Shown here: positions 8,659 to 17,635 of the stretch, piece after piece | Numbering within the stretch: position 1 is the stretch's first letter | How the letters are laid out: every line of letters begins with the position of its first letter | Source: a virus | Reading direction: 5' to 3' (one strand) | DNA: 64,000 bases | IMG/VR virus record: IMGVR_UViG_3300010392_005355 | Span: 9,611-73,610 of that record | Position numbers and translations under genes: made by a program | Notes under the pieces: model-generated | What the model was told of the DNA's origin: nothing | What the model saw: only the letters and a program-made list of their open reading frames with translations | Database searches by the model: none

Positions 8659-9164
8659 GCGCCTGGACGCCAGCCGAGGACCGGCTTCTCAAAAACGAGT
8701 GGATCGCAGGAAAGCGTGCGCTGGATGTGATGGCATCAATCAATCGGGAGTTCGGGACCAACCGTAGCCGGAACTCCGTCCTGGGGAGGGTTCATCGTCT
8801 CGGCCTGTCTGGCCGCGCGAAGACGCCCACACGCCCCGTTCGGGTGAAACCGCCCCGCAAGCCGCGACAAACCAACCGCCAGCGCCCGAAAGCGGCCCAG
8901 TCCTTGCCACCGGCCCCAAAACCACAAAAGCCGGCTCCCGAGCCAATCGCTGCCGACATGCTGCTGGTAGAGATCACGGAGCTGACCCGGAACCAATGCC
9001 GATGGCCGGTGGATGAGCGCACCGATGGCACGCACCTGTTCTGTGGCCTGAGGCAAGCGGAGGGGGCGTCATATTGCGCCGGTCATCTGGCCAAAAGCAT
9101 ATCCCCCCTCTCTGAATCGACCTTGAAGCGTGCACCCGTCAGCATGAAGAAGGCCATGTCATGA
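8655..9164 (+). CDS. gcrA: GcrA-like cell-cycle regulator
   Basis: WT…SRNSVLGRVHRLGLSGR N-terminus; LTRNQCRWP…FCG…SYCAGH C-terminus. Confidence 0.88.
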   Translation: MSAWTPAEDRLLKNEWIAGKRALDVMASINREFGTNRSRNSVLGRVHRLGLSGRAKTPTRPVRVKPPRKPRQTNRQRPKAAQSLPPAPKPQKPAPEPIAADMLLVEITELTRNQCRWPVDERTDGTHLFCGLRQAEGASYCAGHLAKSISPLSESTLKRAPVSMKKAMS

Positions 9165-9376
9165 AGAAGCCAGCCCCTGTGGATGTGAGAAGCCGCAAGG
9201 CCATGATCCAGCGTGAGGAGCGTCTTGCCTTCAAGATACGGGCCTTCTGGAATGCGCGAAATTACGAGGTCACGACCCGGATTGAAGACGCCGGTTTCAG
9301 CAACAAGGGCGGGCAGGCCCTCGTGATGGTTCGTTCAGACATGATCAATGGCCTGCCGGTTGCGAGGGTGAAGTAA
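9161..9376 (+). CDS. Hypothetical phage protein
   Basis: Coupled ORF; VRSDMINGLP motif. Confidence 0.65.
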   Translation: MKKPAPVDVRSRKAMIQREERLAFKIRAFWNARNYEVTTRIEDAGFSNKGGQALVMVRSDMINGLPVARVK

Positions 9377-9915
9377 TGGCAAAGCGACTGAAAAGCCGTG
9401 CCGGACGAAAACGCAGGCAGGCTGTGGCCAGAGAGCCAAGCGGCCGCGTTGCCAAGCGTGCACGTACGCCGCTTCAGGATACCAGGCCTACGCCGGAAAT
9501 CCGGAAACGCCGCGAAATACTGCTCGGCTCTCATGATGCGCAGGGGGAGCTTGAGTGCATCCTTGATGTTCTTGCGGCCCCGTCACGCCGCCTGATCACA
9601 TCAAAGCAGGCCGAGGCAGGCAGGCGCTACGCCATGGCCAAGCTCGCCCTTCAGCGTTCGATAGGCATCAGCCCGGACCCGGTTACTCCAAGTCTTTCCG
9701 AGTGGATCGACAATGGCCAAACGATTGGAGATGGCGCCGATGATGGTCTGGCCGCCTTCCGGTGGCGCAAGGCGTGGCTGTGCGTTCATGACTGCGGCGC
9801 TGATGTTAAGCGCATCATGGAGGCCGTGTGCATCGATAACCAGCCCCCAAAGACGCATCAGGTGACCAAGCTGAGGATTGGCTTGGATGCACTGATCAGG
9901 ATGTGGAGGCTGTGA
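9376..9915 (+). CDS. Putative late activator/antiterminator (Q position, DUF6456/GafZ-like)
   Basis: Near end of early operon, upstream of late promoter; QAEAGRRY…AVCID…LRIGLDALIRMW pattern. Confidence 0.55.
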   Translation: MAKRLKSRAGRKRRQAVAREPSGRVAKRARTPLQDTRPTPEIRKRREILLGSHDAQGELECILDVLAAPSRRLITSKQAEAGRRYAMAKLALQRSIGISPDPVTPSLSEWIDNGQTIGDGADDGLAAFRWRKAWLCVHDCGADVKRIMEAVCIDNQPPKTHQVTKLRIGLDALIRMWRL

Positions 9916-10127
9916 TGTCGCTACCTGACGAATGCCAACCAGGCCGCAGCTTTGACGTGTACTATGGGGACGGAAACCCACATAATCGCCTTTGGCATGT
10001 CCGCGCCATTGTGGATGGTCTTGCCGTCTGTCGCACATGGAGCCGGAACAAGCAGTACTGGCGATATGATTGCTTGGAGCCCGCATATTTCCACGCCTTC
10101 AGATCTCACATCAAGTGGAGGCTGTGA
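9915..10127 (+). CDS. Hypothetical phage protein
   Basis: GGAGG RBS, TGATG coupling. Confidence 0.6.
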   Translation: MSLPDECQPGRSFDVYYGDGNPHNRLWHVRAIVDGLAVCRTWSRNKQYWRYDCLEPAYFHAFRSHIKWRL

Positions 10128-10291
10128 TGGAAGGGTTTAAATCCAAGGGGACAGTTTACAGCTATAGCGCAAAGGAAAACACCTCTGTTTGCTTCCAGAT
10201 TTCATCGCCAGAATATGTGATCCGAGACTTCAACCGCCTTCGTAGGCTGTACCCTATCCGGCACAAGATGCGCCCAGGAAGCCGCAAGTAA
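10127..10291 (+). CDS. Small hypothetical protein
   Basis: GGAGG RBS, TGATG coupling. Confidence 0.45.
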   Translation: MEGFKSKGTVYSYSAKENTSVCFQISSPEYVIRDFNRLRRLYPIRHKMRPGSRK

Positions 10292-10315
10292 TCCACAGCA
10301 TCTTGATGGGATCGC

Positions 10316-10404
10316 TTGACACGCGAAATAACTCGCCCCATAAGTGTCCTCGAAATTCAGAATCGAAAGTTGCGCCCGTAGGTCACCCCTGCGGGCGCTT
10401 CTGA
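10316..10404 (+). promoter_or_regulatory. Late promoter (pR'-like) with following hairpin
   Basis: TTGACA (10316) -17 nt- CATAAG; 11-bp stem GCGCCCGTAGG/CCTGCGGGCGC (10372-10398). Confidence 0.7.
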
Positions 10405-10644
10405 TTCCTGCGGCGGCGTGGATAGACACGCAGTCGAGAACCTGTGACGAGATGACGTGGCGACACCCCACCAGAAAAACGGGGCAAGCGGCGTCGGCTT
10501 GAGAGTAGGTGAGTGACGACTATCGCCCCTGTCGTGTGTCCGTATCCAGAATTTGAAGTCTGGTTGGTGCATCACGGGGAATGAGCGGCCACTGCTCAAG
10601 AAAATCATCTCTAGCCGGTAACCAGCCCGGCCCGCAGGAAGCCA
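10405..10644 (+). ncRNA. tRNA-like structured ncRNA candidate with long insert
   Basis: 9-bp closing stem TTCCTGCGG/CCGCAGGAA followed by GCCA; D-arm-like GCGTG-GATAGA-CACGC; T-arm-like GCCGG-TAACCAGC-CCGGC; internal stems GAGATGA/TCATCTC and CTTGAG/CTCAAG; no credible ORF. Confidence 0.65.
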
Positions 10645-10792
10645 CCCCCCGCGCAGCGTGCTGCCGGGTCTCTGCCACTCGCGGAGCATTCGGCCCCGGC
10701 CTCTTCCCGTCTCAAACACGGGTACGCCGGGGCTATCTATTTCAGGGGATATCCATGTGCAGTCATTGCTTGGTAGAGGGAATGCTCGACTG

Positions 10793-10987
10793 ATGGCTAG
10801 TGACCGCCCCCTCTTGGTTCACCTCCGCATTGACCAAGCCTCGATGGAGGCCGCCATCCATGACCTGGAGCGCCACTACCTGAAATACGGCGATCCCCCG
10901 CAGCCCCACATGAAAGCGGAAGCCGAGCGCAACATGGCCCGCATTGTGAACTGCATCCACCAGTCGTGCTTTGACACCGAGATCTAA
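10793..10987 (+). CDS. Small hypothetical protein
   Basis: ATG overlaps stop of a 12-codon uORF; phage-like codon use. Confidence 0.5.
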   Translation: MASDRPLLVHLRIDQASMEAAIHDLERHYLKYGDPPQPHMKAEAERNMARIVNCIHQSCFDTEI

Positions 10988-11077
10988 CCCCCTTCACCGC
11001 CCGGCCCTGAAGCCGGCCCTCACCTTTCCTCCCTTGATAGAGGCCCTGAGCATCTGAGACGCCGGGCGGTGATCACT

Positions 11078-11701
11078 ATGACCCAAAGACCTAAACCACC
11101 AGAAACGCTATTCGATATCGAGAATATCGGAACATTCACCCCAGCCCCCGAGATTATTGACTGGGCGAGGCAGACCTTAATCAATGAGGGCGCCTCGCTT
11201 CATAATCCGGAGCATGCCCATCTTGAGCACGCAATTATCGGCGCCCTCTGGACCAATGTTCCTAATTCCAAGAATGGCCGCGTCATTCTTGCCCAAGCCG
11301 AACCTGGCGATCCGATGGCAATGGGCAAGTGGGCTAAAGCCCGTGCACGACAACAAGTCGAGCAATGGTTCGGCAATATCCCCGACTTCATCCTGACCTT
11401 TGATGCGGGGTATGCCGCGACCTGCAGTGACATCGAGTTTTGCGCTCTTGTTGATCACGAGCTTATGCACTGTGCTCAAGCAACAGACGAGTATGGGCAG
11501 CCCAAATTCAGCAGGACCACCGGCCTTCCAATATGGGCCATGAGAGGCCACGACATAGAGGAGTTTACCTCAATCGTTCGGCGATACGGTGCTGAGGCAG
11601 CTCATGCTGATGCGTTCATACAAGCCGCAAGGCAGGGGCCGGAGATCGGCGAGGCCAGTATCGCGCGCGCATGTGGTGTTTGCCTCCCTCGCGCCGCATG
11701 A
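11078..11701 (+). CDS. Phage putative metallopeptidase
   Basis: HELMH (HExxH) and HDIEEF…IVRRYG motifs; usual position before terS. Confidence 0.85.
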   Translation: MTQRPKPPETLFDIENIGTFTPAPEIIDWARQTLINEGASLHNPEHAHLEHAIIGALWTNVPNSKNGRVILAQAEPGDPMAMGKWAKARARQQVEQWFGNIPDFILTFDAGYAATCSDIEFCALVDHELMHCAQATDEYGQPKFSRTTGLPIWAMRGHDIEEFTSIVRRYGAEAAHADAFIQAARQGPEIGEASIARACGVCLPRAA

Positions 11702-11728
11702 GGCTTAGACGAGGTATAGACTGAATCA

Positions 11729-12211
11729 ATGGCAGAGCAGAAGTTAACCGACTCCGAAAAGGCCTTTATCGTCCAGCAGCTGGCCTGCTTTGACAGCCCC
11801 CTGACTGTCGCCAAGGCGGTCAAGGATGAGTTCGGCAAGGATATCAGCCGCCAACTTGTCGAAAGCCATGATCCAACAAAGAAGGCCGGACAATCCACAG
11901 CTAAGAAGTGGAAGGAGCTTTTCCAACAGACACGGAAGGCTTTTCTGGAGGACACTGCGGAGATCGGGATCAGCCACCGCTCTGTAAGACTGCGGGCCAT
12001 CCAGCGCATGGCCGACAAGGCTGAAAGCATGGGTAACATGGTCCTTGCTGCATCACTTCTGGAGCAGGCCGCCAAGGAAATGGGCGAGAGCTACACTAAC
12101 CGCCGCCTACACGAGCACTCCGGTAAGGATGGCGGCCCCATCCATACAGAGAACCGCACATGGCGAGACGTTCTGAGGCAGGAGGATCAGACAGAGGGCG
12201 AGAACAGCTAA
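11729..12211 (+). CDS. terS: Terminase small subunit (DUF2280-like)
   Basis: FIVQQLACFDSP…LLEQAAKEMG…EHSGKDGGPI; precedes terL. Confidence 0.85.
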   Translation: MAEQKLTDSEKAFIVQQLACFDSPLTVAKAVKDEFGKDISRQLVESHDPTKKAGQSTAKKWKELFQQTRKAFLEDTAEIGISHRSVRLRAIQRMADKAESMGNMVLAASLLEQAAKEMGESYTNRRLHEHSGKDGGPIHTENRTWRDVLRQEDQTEGENS

Positions 12212-13614
12212 AAGGCAGCACCTACCTTACCAACCCGAACCTGTGGGATTTCTGGGAGGAAGTCTTTCTGGGCGGTATTGATACGGCTGTTTTGCATGGC
12301 GGTCGTTCCAGCTCAAAAACGCGGGACACGGCCTGTCAGCTGGTCCGCCTGGTCAACCATGTTCGTGTGAAGATGAGGGTGCTCTGCATCCGGCGCTTCC
12401 AGAACCGCATTCAGGACTCAGTCTACACAGAGCTGAAATGGGCTATTGGGCACCTTGGCTTGAAGGATGAGTTCGAGGTCCAGAAGACCACAATCATTCA
12501 CCGGGCAACCGGATCTGAGTTCCTGTTCTACGGCATCGAACGGAACCTCGAAGAGATCAAGGGCATGTCCGATGTGGACATCCTCTGGATCGAGGAAGCG
12601 GAAAAGCTCACTGAAGACCAGTGGATGGTGATCGGGCCGACGATCCGTAAGGAAGGCAGTCTGGTCATCCTGCTGTTCAACCCGAAACTCGTCACCGATT
12701 ACGTCTGGAAGAACTTCGTGGTGAACCCGCCGCCTCACACGGTGGTCCGGAAGATCGACTATACGGAAAACCCGTTCCTTTCCAAGAAGGCCTTGCGTGA
12801 CATCGCAGCGATGCAAGAGCGCGACCCGGAGATGTTCGAGCACGTCTATGGCGGCGTTCCGCTCGGAGACAGTGAGCTCTCGATATTCAAGCGCCGCTGG
12901 CTGGACGCCTGCGTTGATGCTCACAAGGTGCTCAATCTGGAGCTGACAGGCCGGAACGTGGTCGGCTTTGACCCTGCAGATGGCGGGGAAGACAAGGCGG
13001 CTACGGCCAGCAAGGTTGACGGCGTCTTCACGGACTCTGACGACTGGCAGACAGACAAGGACGAGCTGGTTCAGAACACCCGAAAGGTCTGGGCAAAGGC
13101 GAGGCTGATCAATGCGACGGTCTCCTACGACACAGTCGGCATCGGTTCGTTTATCGGCGGGTATGTCGATGAGCTTAACCAGGCAGAGGGCGCGAGTGTC
13201 GAGCACTACGCCTTTCATGCTGGCGGCGGCGTCATGGACCCGGATCAGCCCAGCGACGCCTTGAACGACAACAGCCCGCTCAACAAAGACGAGTACCTGA
13301 ACCTGAAAGCGCAGGCTTGGGCGAACACGGCCCGGCGCGCCATGCTGACGTTCAACGCGGTCACACGTGGCCAGTCCATCAAGCCAGAGGATGTGCTGTC
13401 TTTCTCTTCCGAAATGGGCGAGCGCAAACTGGACGCGCTGTTCACGGAGCTCTGTGTACCCTGGTGGGTTGAGAGCGAGGGCAAGAAGCGCGTGGTACCA
13501 AAGCTGAAGCTGAAGAAAGACCTCGGCGTCAAGTCGCACAACCTCGCTGATGCGGTCATCGCCGCTGACAATATCAACATCGCCAAGACCGGCTATGACT
13601 GGGATAATTTCTGA
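12160..13614 (+). CDS. terL: Terminase large subunit (PBSX-like)
   Basis: GGRSSSKT Walker A, LWIEEAE Walker B, LFNP motif III, GFDPA nuclease motif, SHNLADA. Confidence 0.95.
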   Translation: MARRSEAGGSDRGREQLKGSTYLTNPNLWDFWEEVFLGGIDTAVLHGGRSSSKTRDTACQLVRLVNHVRVKMRVLCIRRFQNRIQDSVYTELKWAIGHLGLKDEFEVQKTTIIHRATGSEFLFYGIERNLEEIKGMSDVDILWIEEAEKLTEDQWMVIGPTIRKEGSLVILLFNPKLVTDYVWKNFVVNPPPHTVVRKIDYTENPFLSKKALRDIAAMQERDPEMFEHVYGGVPLGDSELSIFKRRWLDACVDAHKVLNLELTGRNVVGFDPADGGEDKAATASKVDGVFTDSDDWQTDKDELVQNTRKVWAKARLINATVSYDTVGIGSFIGGYVDELNQAEGASVEHYAFHAGGGVMDPDQPSDALNDNSPLNKDEYLNLKAQAWANTARRAMLTFNAVTRGQSIKPEDVLSFSSEMGERKLDALFTELCVPWWVESEGKKRVVPKLKLKKDLGVKSHNLADAVIAADNINIAKTGYDWDNF

Positions 13615-15461
13615 TGAGTGATGTGACCCGGACATATGACAGCCAGCAAAACGTCATCAGTGGACTGGGCACGGCGAGAGACAAGTCCGCCACAAACACC
13701 TTCGTCTTCACCGAGATGGACGAGGCCGAAATTGACGCCATGTATCGCGGCAACTGGATGGCTGCCAAAGCGGTCGATATCCCGGCATTTGACAGTATCC
13801 GGGCATGGCGAAACTGGCAGGCCAGCAATGACCAGATCGAGGCAATTGAAGAGGAAGAGAAGCGGCTGAACCTGAAGGGCAAGGTCAAGGAAGCCTTGAT
13901 CTTCGGGCGGCAGTATGGCGGCGGAGCGCTCGTCATTGGCCTGAAGGGCGACAATCCATCAGAGCCTCTCAATCTCGACGCAATCTCAAAGGGCGATCTT
14001 TCCTATGTGCACGCCTGCACCCGCTATGAGCTGACGCCCTCTGAAATGCGGCTAAATCCGGAAGACGAATGGTACGGCCAACCCGTCTACTGGACGCTGA
14101 ACACGGAGTCAGCGTTTCAGCTTAACATCCACCCGTCACGTGTGGTCGTGTTTCGTGGCAACCCTGTCAGCTCTCGCACGCGCCGCCAGACACCATGGGG
14201 TGACAGTGTGCTGCAGAGTATCAGGGACGCTGTCGCAAACGCGGCCCGGTCATCCAGTGTCATCGCCCAGCTGCTCGAAGAGGCGAAGGTTGACGTGGTG
14301 CGGATTCCGGAACTTGCCGAAAGATGGCTCGCCTCAAAGGAAACATCCCTGCGCCTGGCTGACCGTTTTACGGACGCCATGACGATCAAGTCGATCACGA
14401 ACGCCCTTATTCTCGACGGCAAGGACGAATATGACCAGAAGCAGCTGAGCTTTGCCCAGCTTCCGGAAGTGCTGCAGCAATACATGGTGATCGTCTGCGG
14501 AGCGGCTGACGTTCCTGCGACCCGGTTCCTCAGTCAGTCTCCTGCCGGCATGAACGCCACAGGCGAGAGCGACCTCAAGAACTACTATGACCGCCTGGGA
14601 GCTGACCAGGAGCTGACCCTTACACCAACGCTTGCCCCGCTGGATGAAGTGCTGATCCGGTCTGCTACGGGCGAACGTGACAAGTCCATCCACTATGCGT
14701 GGGCCCCATTGTTCCAGAAGGACGCCAAGGAACTGGCGGAGATCGAAGAGAAGCGCGCGAACACGTTTGGCAAGATCGCGGCGACTGGATTGATCAATGA
14801 CGGCGTGCTCGCCAAGGCGCTTGAAAACGCCATGATCGAGTCCGGGCAGTATCCGGGCATCGAGAACGCAATTGAAGAGTTCGGCTCTACCACAGAGGGG
14901 TTTGACCCTTCAGCGGGCGACCCGAACGATCCTGAGCAGAACCCGGAGCCGGAGATTGACCCGGAAACCGGCGAGCCCGTCCAGGACGCTGCGCCGCACA
15001 CGCTGTATGTTTATCGAAAGGTTCTCAACGCAAAAGCACTTGTGGCGTGGGCTAAGCGCAATGGGTTCAAGTCCACCCTTAAGGCCAGTGACATGCATGT
15101 CACCATCGCCTTCAGCCGCAAACCTGTCGACTGGATTAAGGCGGGCACAACTTGGGCGAGCGATGAAGACGGGAACCTGACCATCAAGCCGGGCGGACCC
15201 CGTATTGTGGAGCCTCTGGGCCCGAAAGGTGCGGTTGTCCTTCACTTTGCCAGCAATGACCTCGTCTGGCGGCACGAGGATATCCGGAGAAGTACCGGCG
15301 CGAGCTGGGATTGGGACGATTACCAGCCACACATCACGATTACCTATGAGGGCGCCGATGACGTCGATCTCAGCCAGATCAAGCCATTTTCAGGCAAGAT
15401 CGAACTCGGCCCTGAGGTGTTCGAAGAGGTCGTTGAAGACTGGGAGAAGGGAAAAGGGTGA
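13614..15461 (+). CDS. Portal protein (DUF1073-like) fused to C-terminal Acb1-like 2H phosphodiesterase
   Basis: Portal motifs (IHPSRVV, ADVPATRFL…GMNATGESDLKNYYD); after an acidic linker HVTIAFS…GASWDWDDYQPHITITY with two HxT motifs. Confidence 0.9.
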   Translation: MSDVTRTYDSQQNVISGLGTARDKSATNTFVFTEMDEAEIDAMYRGNWMAAKAVDIPAFDSIRAWRNWQASNDQIEAIEEEEKRLNLKGKVKEALIFGRQYGGGALVIGLKGDNPSEPLNLDAISKGDLSYVHACTRYELTPSEMRLNPEDEWYGQPVYWTLNTESAFQLNIHPSRVVVFRGNPVSSRTRRQTPWGDSVLQSIRDAVANAARSSSVIAQLLEEAKVDVVRIPELAERWLASKETSLRLADRFTDAMTIKSITNALILDGKDEYDQKQLSFAQLPEVLQQYMVIVCGAADVPATRFLSQSPAGMNATGESDLKNYYDRLGADQELTLTPTLAPLDEVLIRSATGERDKSIHYAWAPLFQKDAKELAEIEEKRANTFGKIAATGLINDGVLAKALENAMIESGQYPGIENAIEEFGSTTEGFDPSAGDPNDPEQNPEPEIDPETGEPVQDAAPHTLYVYRKVLNAKALVAWAKRNGFKSTLKASDMHVTIAFSRKPVDWIKAGTTWASDEDGNLTIKPGGPRIVEPLGPKGAVVLHFASNDLVWRHEDIRRSTGASWDWDDYQPHITITYEGADDVDLSQIKPFSGKIELGPEVFEEVVEDWEKGKG

Positions 15462-17212
15462 CCTATGATCTCCGCCAGCTTGCCCGTCAGGCTGGTCTTC
15501 GCCGCAATGTGACGCTGCGGCCCATCGAGATCACCGGCGCGCTCAAGCGCTCGCTCTATGGGCTCTGCGTCAGGCCCGTGCAGGCTTGGGAGCAAGAGGT
15601 CAGAGAGCGCATCCTGCCCGCATATGGCAGAGCCCTATCATCGCTGACGCAGGACGATGAGTCCGATGACATAGAGCAGATCATCAAAATTTCAGAGGCA
15701 CTGGTTGAGGGCCGCACGATACAGGTCAGCGCCGAGGTCGAGGATTGGCTGAAGACCGCTACGAAATGGCATGAAAAGCGCTGGGCCGACTCCATCAGGG
15801 CCGGAGCGGGCGTCGACGTGTTCCCGTTCATCAACCGCACTGAGAGCCTTCCAAAGGTCAATATCTTCCAGAAGCAGATCAGCGGGCTGATCAAGGATAT
15901 CGATGCCACGGCCCGCAAGGATATAGAGCAGGCCATCTGGCGCGGGCTCACGGAGCAGACGCCCCGCAAGGAAATGGGCAAACAGATTGCTGAGCGCCTG
16001 GGCATCCAGCGCCGCCGCGCCAACCGGATCGCTGTTGATCAGGCCCAGAAGCTGAATGGTGAACTCACCCGCCTTCGCATGGGCGAGGCAGGCCTCAAGA
16101 AGTACAAGTGGCGACACTCCGGAAAGGTCAATTACCGCAAGGAGCACAAGGCCCGGAACGACAAGGTGTACGAGCTGGGCAAGCCTGCGGGGGATCAACC
16201 CGGGATGAAAATTTTCTGCGCGTGCGTGGCGATGCCAATCATTGACGTGCAGGAAGTCGAGGCCGTTGCAGAAAACCCATATGTGGGACTTTCGCCAAAG
16301 GATCTGGATGAGCGACTTTCCAGCACCTTTGTGGAGAACAAGTTGTCGCCGGAGCGAAAGGTTGGGATCGCTGCCGAGATAATATCAACAGGCAAGCTGA
16401 CCAAGACGGCCTTGTCATTCCATAGGCCGAAATTCCTGCAGATTGCTGTACTCAACCGGCTTGATATTCCTCCGGTGCTACGGGTTGCTCCAACGCTTCC
16501 CAAGAAGTTTGGAGACAAGCTGAGCGCGCGCATTGCAGAAATGGCCCCCAAGTTCGGCGTCAGCGAAAGCAGGGTTCGCAGCTCGGTCGGCATGGTTCGC
16601 GGAGTTCTTTTTGAGGGAATGCCAGAATCCAGCCTGGCAATGATTGAGAGCAGGTCTGCCGCCGCAGTCAACCGCGTCCTGAAGAAGTGGGCGAAAGTCA
16701 AAGACGAGATTGATTTTGAAGACGCTGTTGCCCTGAACTTCTGGACCAAGACGGGTAATGATATTCTGCAGCGCGGGATTCGTAGCGGACGTCCGTCCCC
16801 GGCAGTTCTTGAATTCAAGGAGCAACTGCAAAGCGCCCTCGCAAAATGGAACGCATCTGGACAACCAGTCGCGGCCACCTATCGTGGCCTCGAAAGCGCA
16901 AACTATGTTGGCCGATCATGGAAGAAGGGCAGCATTATTGAACTGGATGCGTTCGAGGCAACATCCATGTCACGGTCGATTTCAGATTTCTTTGGCTTGG
17001 AACAGGCTGGCTGGAATGCCAATACTGCAATCATCGAGTATCGCGGAATCAGATACGGGCGGAGCCTAAACCCGATCTCAGAGTTTGCGGGCGAGAGCGA
17101 GGTCTTGCTTCCGCCTGGAACCCGCTTCCGGGTGATTGATATCACGAAGACCGATCCAGATCCTTTGTTCGGGACTGAAACGAAGATCGTTGTGGAGCTG
17201 CTTTATGACTGA
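15458..17212 (+). CDS. MuF minor head protein with C-terminal ADP-ribosyltransferase domain
   Basis: MuF RANRIAVDQ…YKWRHSG…PGMKIFCAC; ART R-S-E signature TYRG…ATSMS…ESEVLLPPGTRFRV. Confidence 0.88.
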   Translation: MTYDLRQLARQAGLRRNVTLRPIEITGALKRSLYGLCVRPVQAWEQEVRERILPAYGRALSSLTQDDESDDIEQIIKISEALVEGRTIQVSAEVEDWLKTATKWHEKRWADSIRAGAGVDVFPFINRTESLPKVNIFQKQISGLIKDIDATARKDIEQAIWRGLTEQTPRKEMGKQIAERLGIQRRRANRIAVDQAQKLNGELTRLRMGEAGLKKYKWRHSGKVNYRKEHKARNDKVYELGKPAGDQPGMKIFCACVAMPIIDVQEVEAVAENPYVGLSPKDLDERLSSTFVENKLSPERKVGIAAEIISTGKLTKTALSFHRPKFLQIAVLNRLDIPPVLRVAPTLPKKFGDKLSARIAEMAPKFGVSESRVRSSVGMVRGVLFEGMPESSLAMIESRSAAAVNRVLKKWAKVKDEIDFEDAVALNFWTKTGNDILQRGIRSGRPSPAVLEFKEQLQSALAKWNASGQPVAATYRGLESANYVGRSWKKGSIIELDAFEATSMSRSISDFFGLEQAGWNANTAIIEYRGIRYGRSLNPISEFAGESEVLLPPGTRFRVIDITKTDPDPLFGTETKIVVELLYD

Positions 17213-17357
17213 TGATTGGAAGTCGGTTTCGGCAGAAGACAGAAAGCTGGTGAGGCCGGAACTGCTCAAATACTCATTTGCGAAAATCGACTGGATGTGT
17301 CGCGTGTGGAATCTGCAGCTCACATATGATGAGCGAAGGATCGTGTTCGAGCTATGA
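17205..17357 (+). CDS. 50-aa protein, candidate immunity for MuF-ART
   Basis: GGAG RBS, overlaps MuF stop. Confidence 0.5.
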   Translation: MTDDWKSVSAEDRKLVRPELLKYSFAKIDWMCRVWNLQLTYDERRIVFEL

Positions 17358-17632
17358 CCCTTGAGGACCTTGCCACGCTTTTGTCAAAAGGCCTGAGCGC
17401 CCAGATGACAGAGAGCAGTGGATACATGGCCCCGCTGGATGAGGCGGGCCACGCCATTGAGTACGAGGGCCATATCGATTTGAGGGCGATGGCCACGCAT
17501 ATTATCCGGCATATTCCCCAGACGGATGGCGCAGAAGCCCGGACTCCGGAGCCGCTTGGTGCTGTCGAGATTGATGAAACCGGCGGCCTGCGCATCACGA
17601 TTTCACCAGCGGCCCTGAAACAGATTGGGTGA
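17354..17632 (+). CDS. Hypothetical phage protein
   Basis: ATGA-coupled ORF in late operon. Confidence 0.6.
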   Translation: MTLEDLATLLSKGLSAQMTESSGYMAPLDEAGHAIEYEGHIDLRAMATHIIRHIPQTDGAEARTPEPLGAVEIDETGGLRITISPAALKQIG

Positions 17633-17635
17633 TAC

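Noticed and set aside
10405-10644. Calling the structured RNA tmRNA, selC or a normal tRNA
   Set aside because: No TTCRA T-loop, no G3-U70 pair, no clear anticodon arm and no tag ORF recognised; kept as an unassigned tRNA-like RNA
12418-13635. 405-aa minus-strand ORF (likewise 42116-43267)
   Set aside because: Antisense to terL and to the diguanylate cyclase respectively
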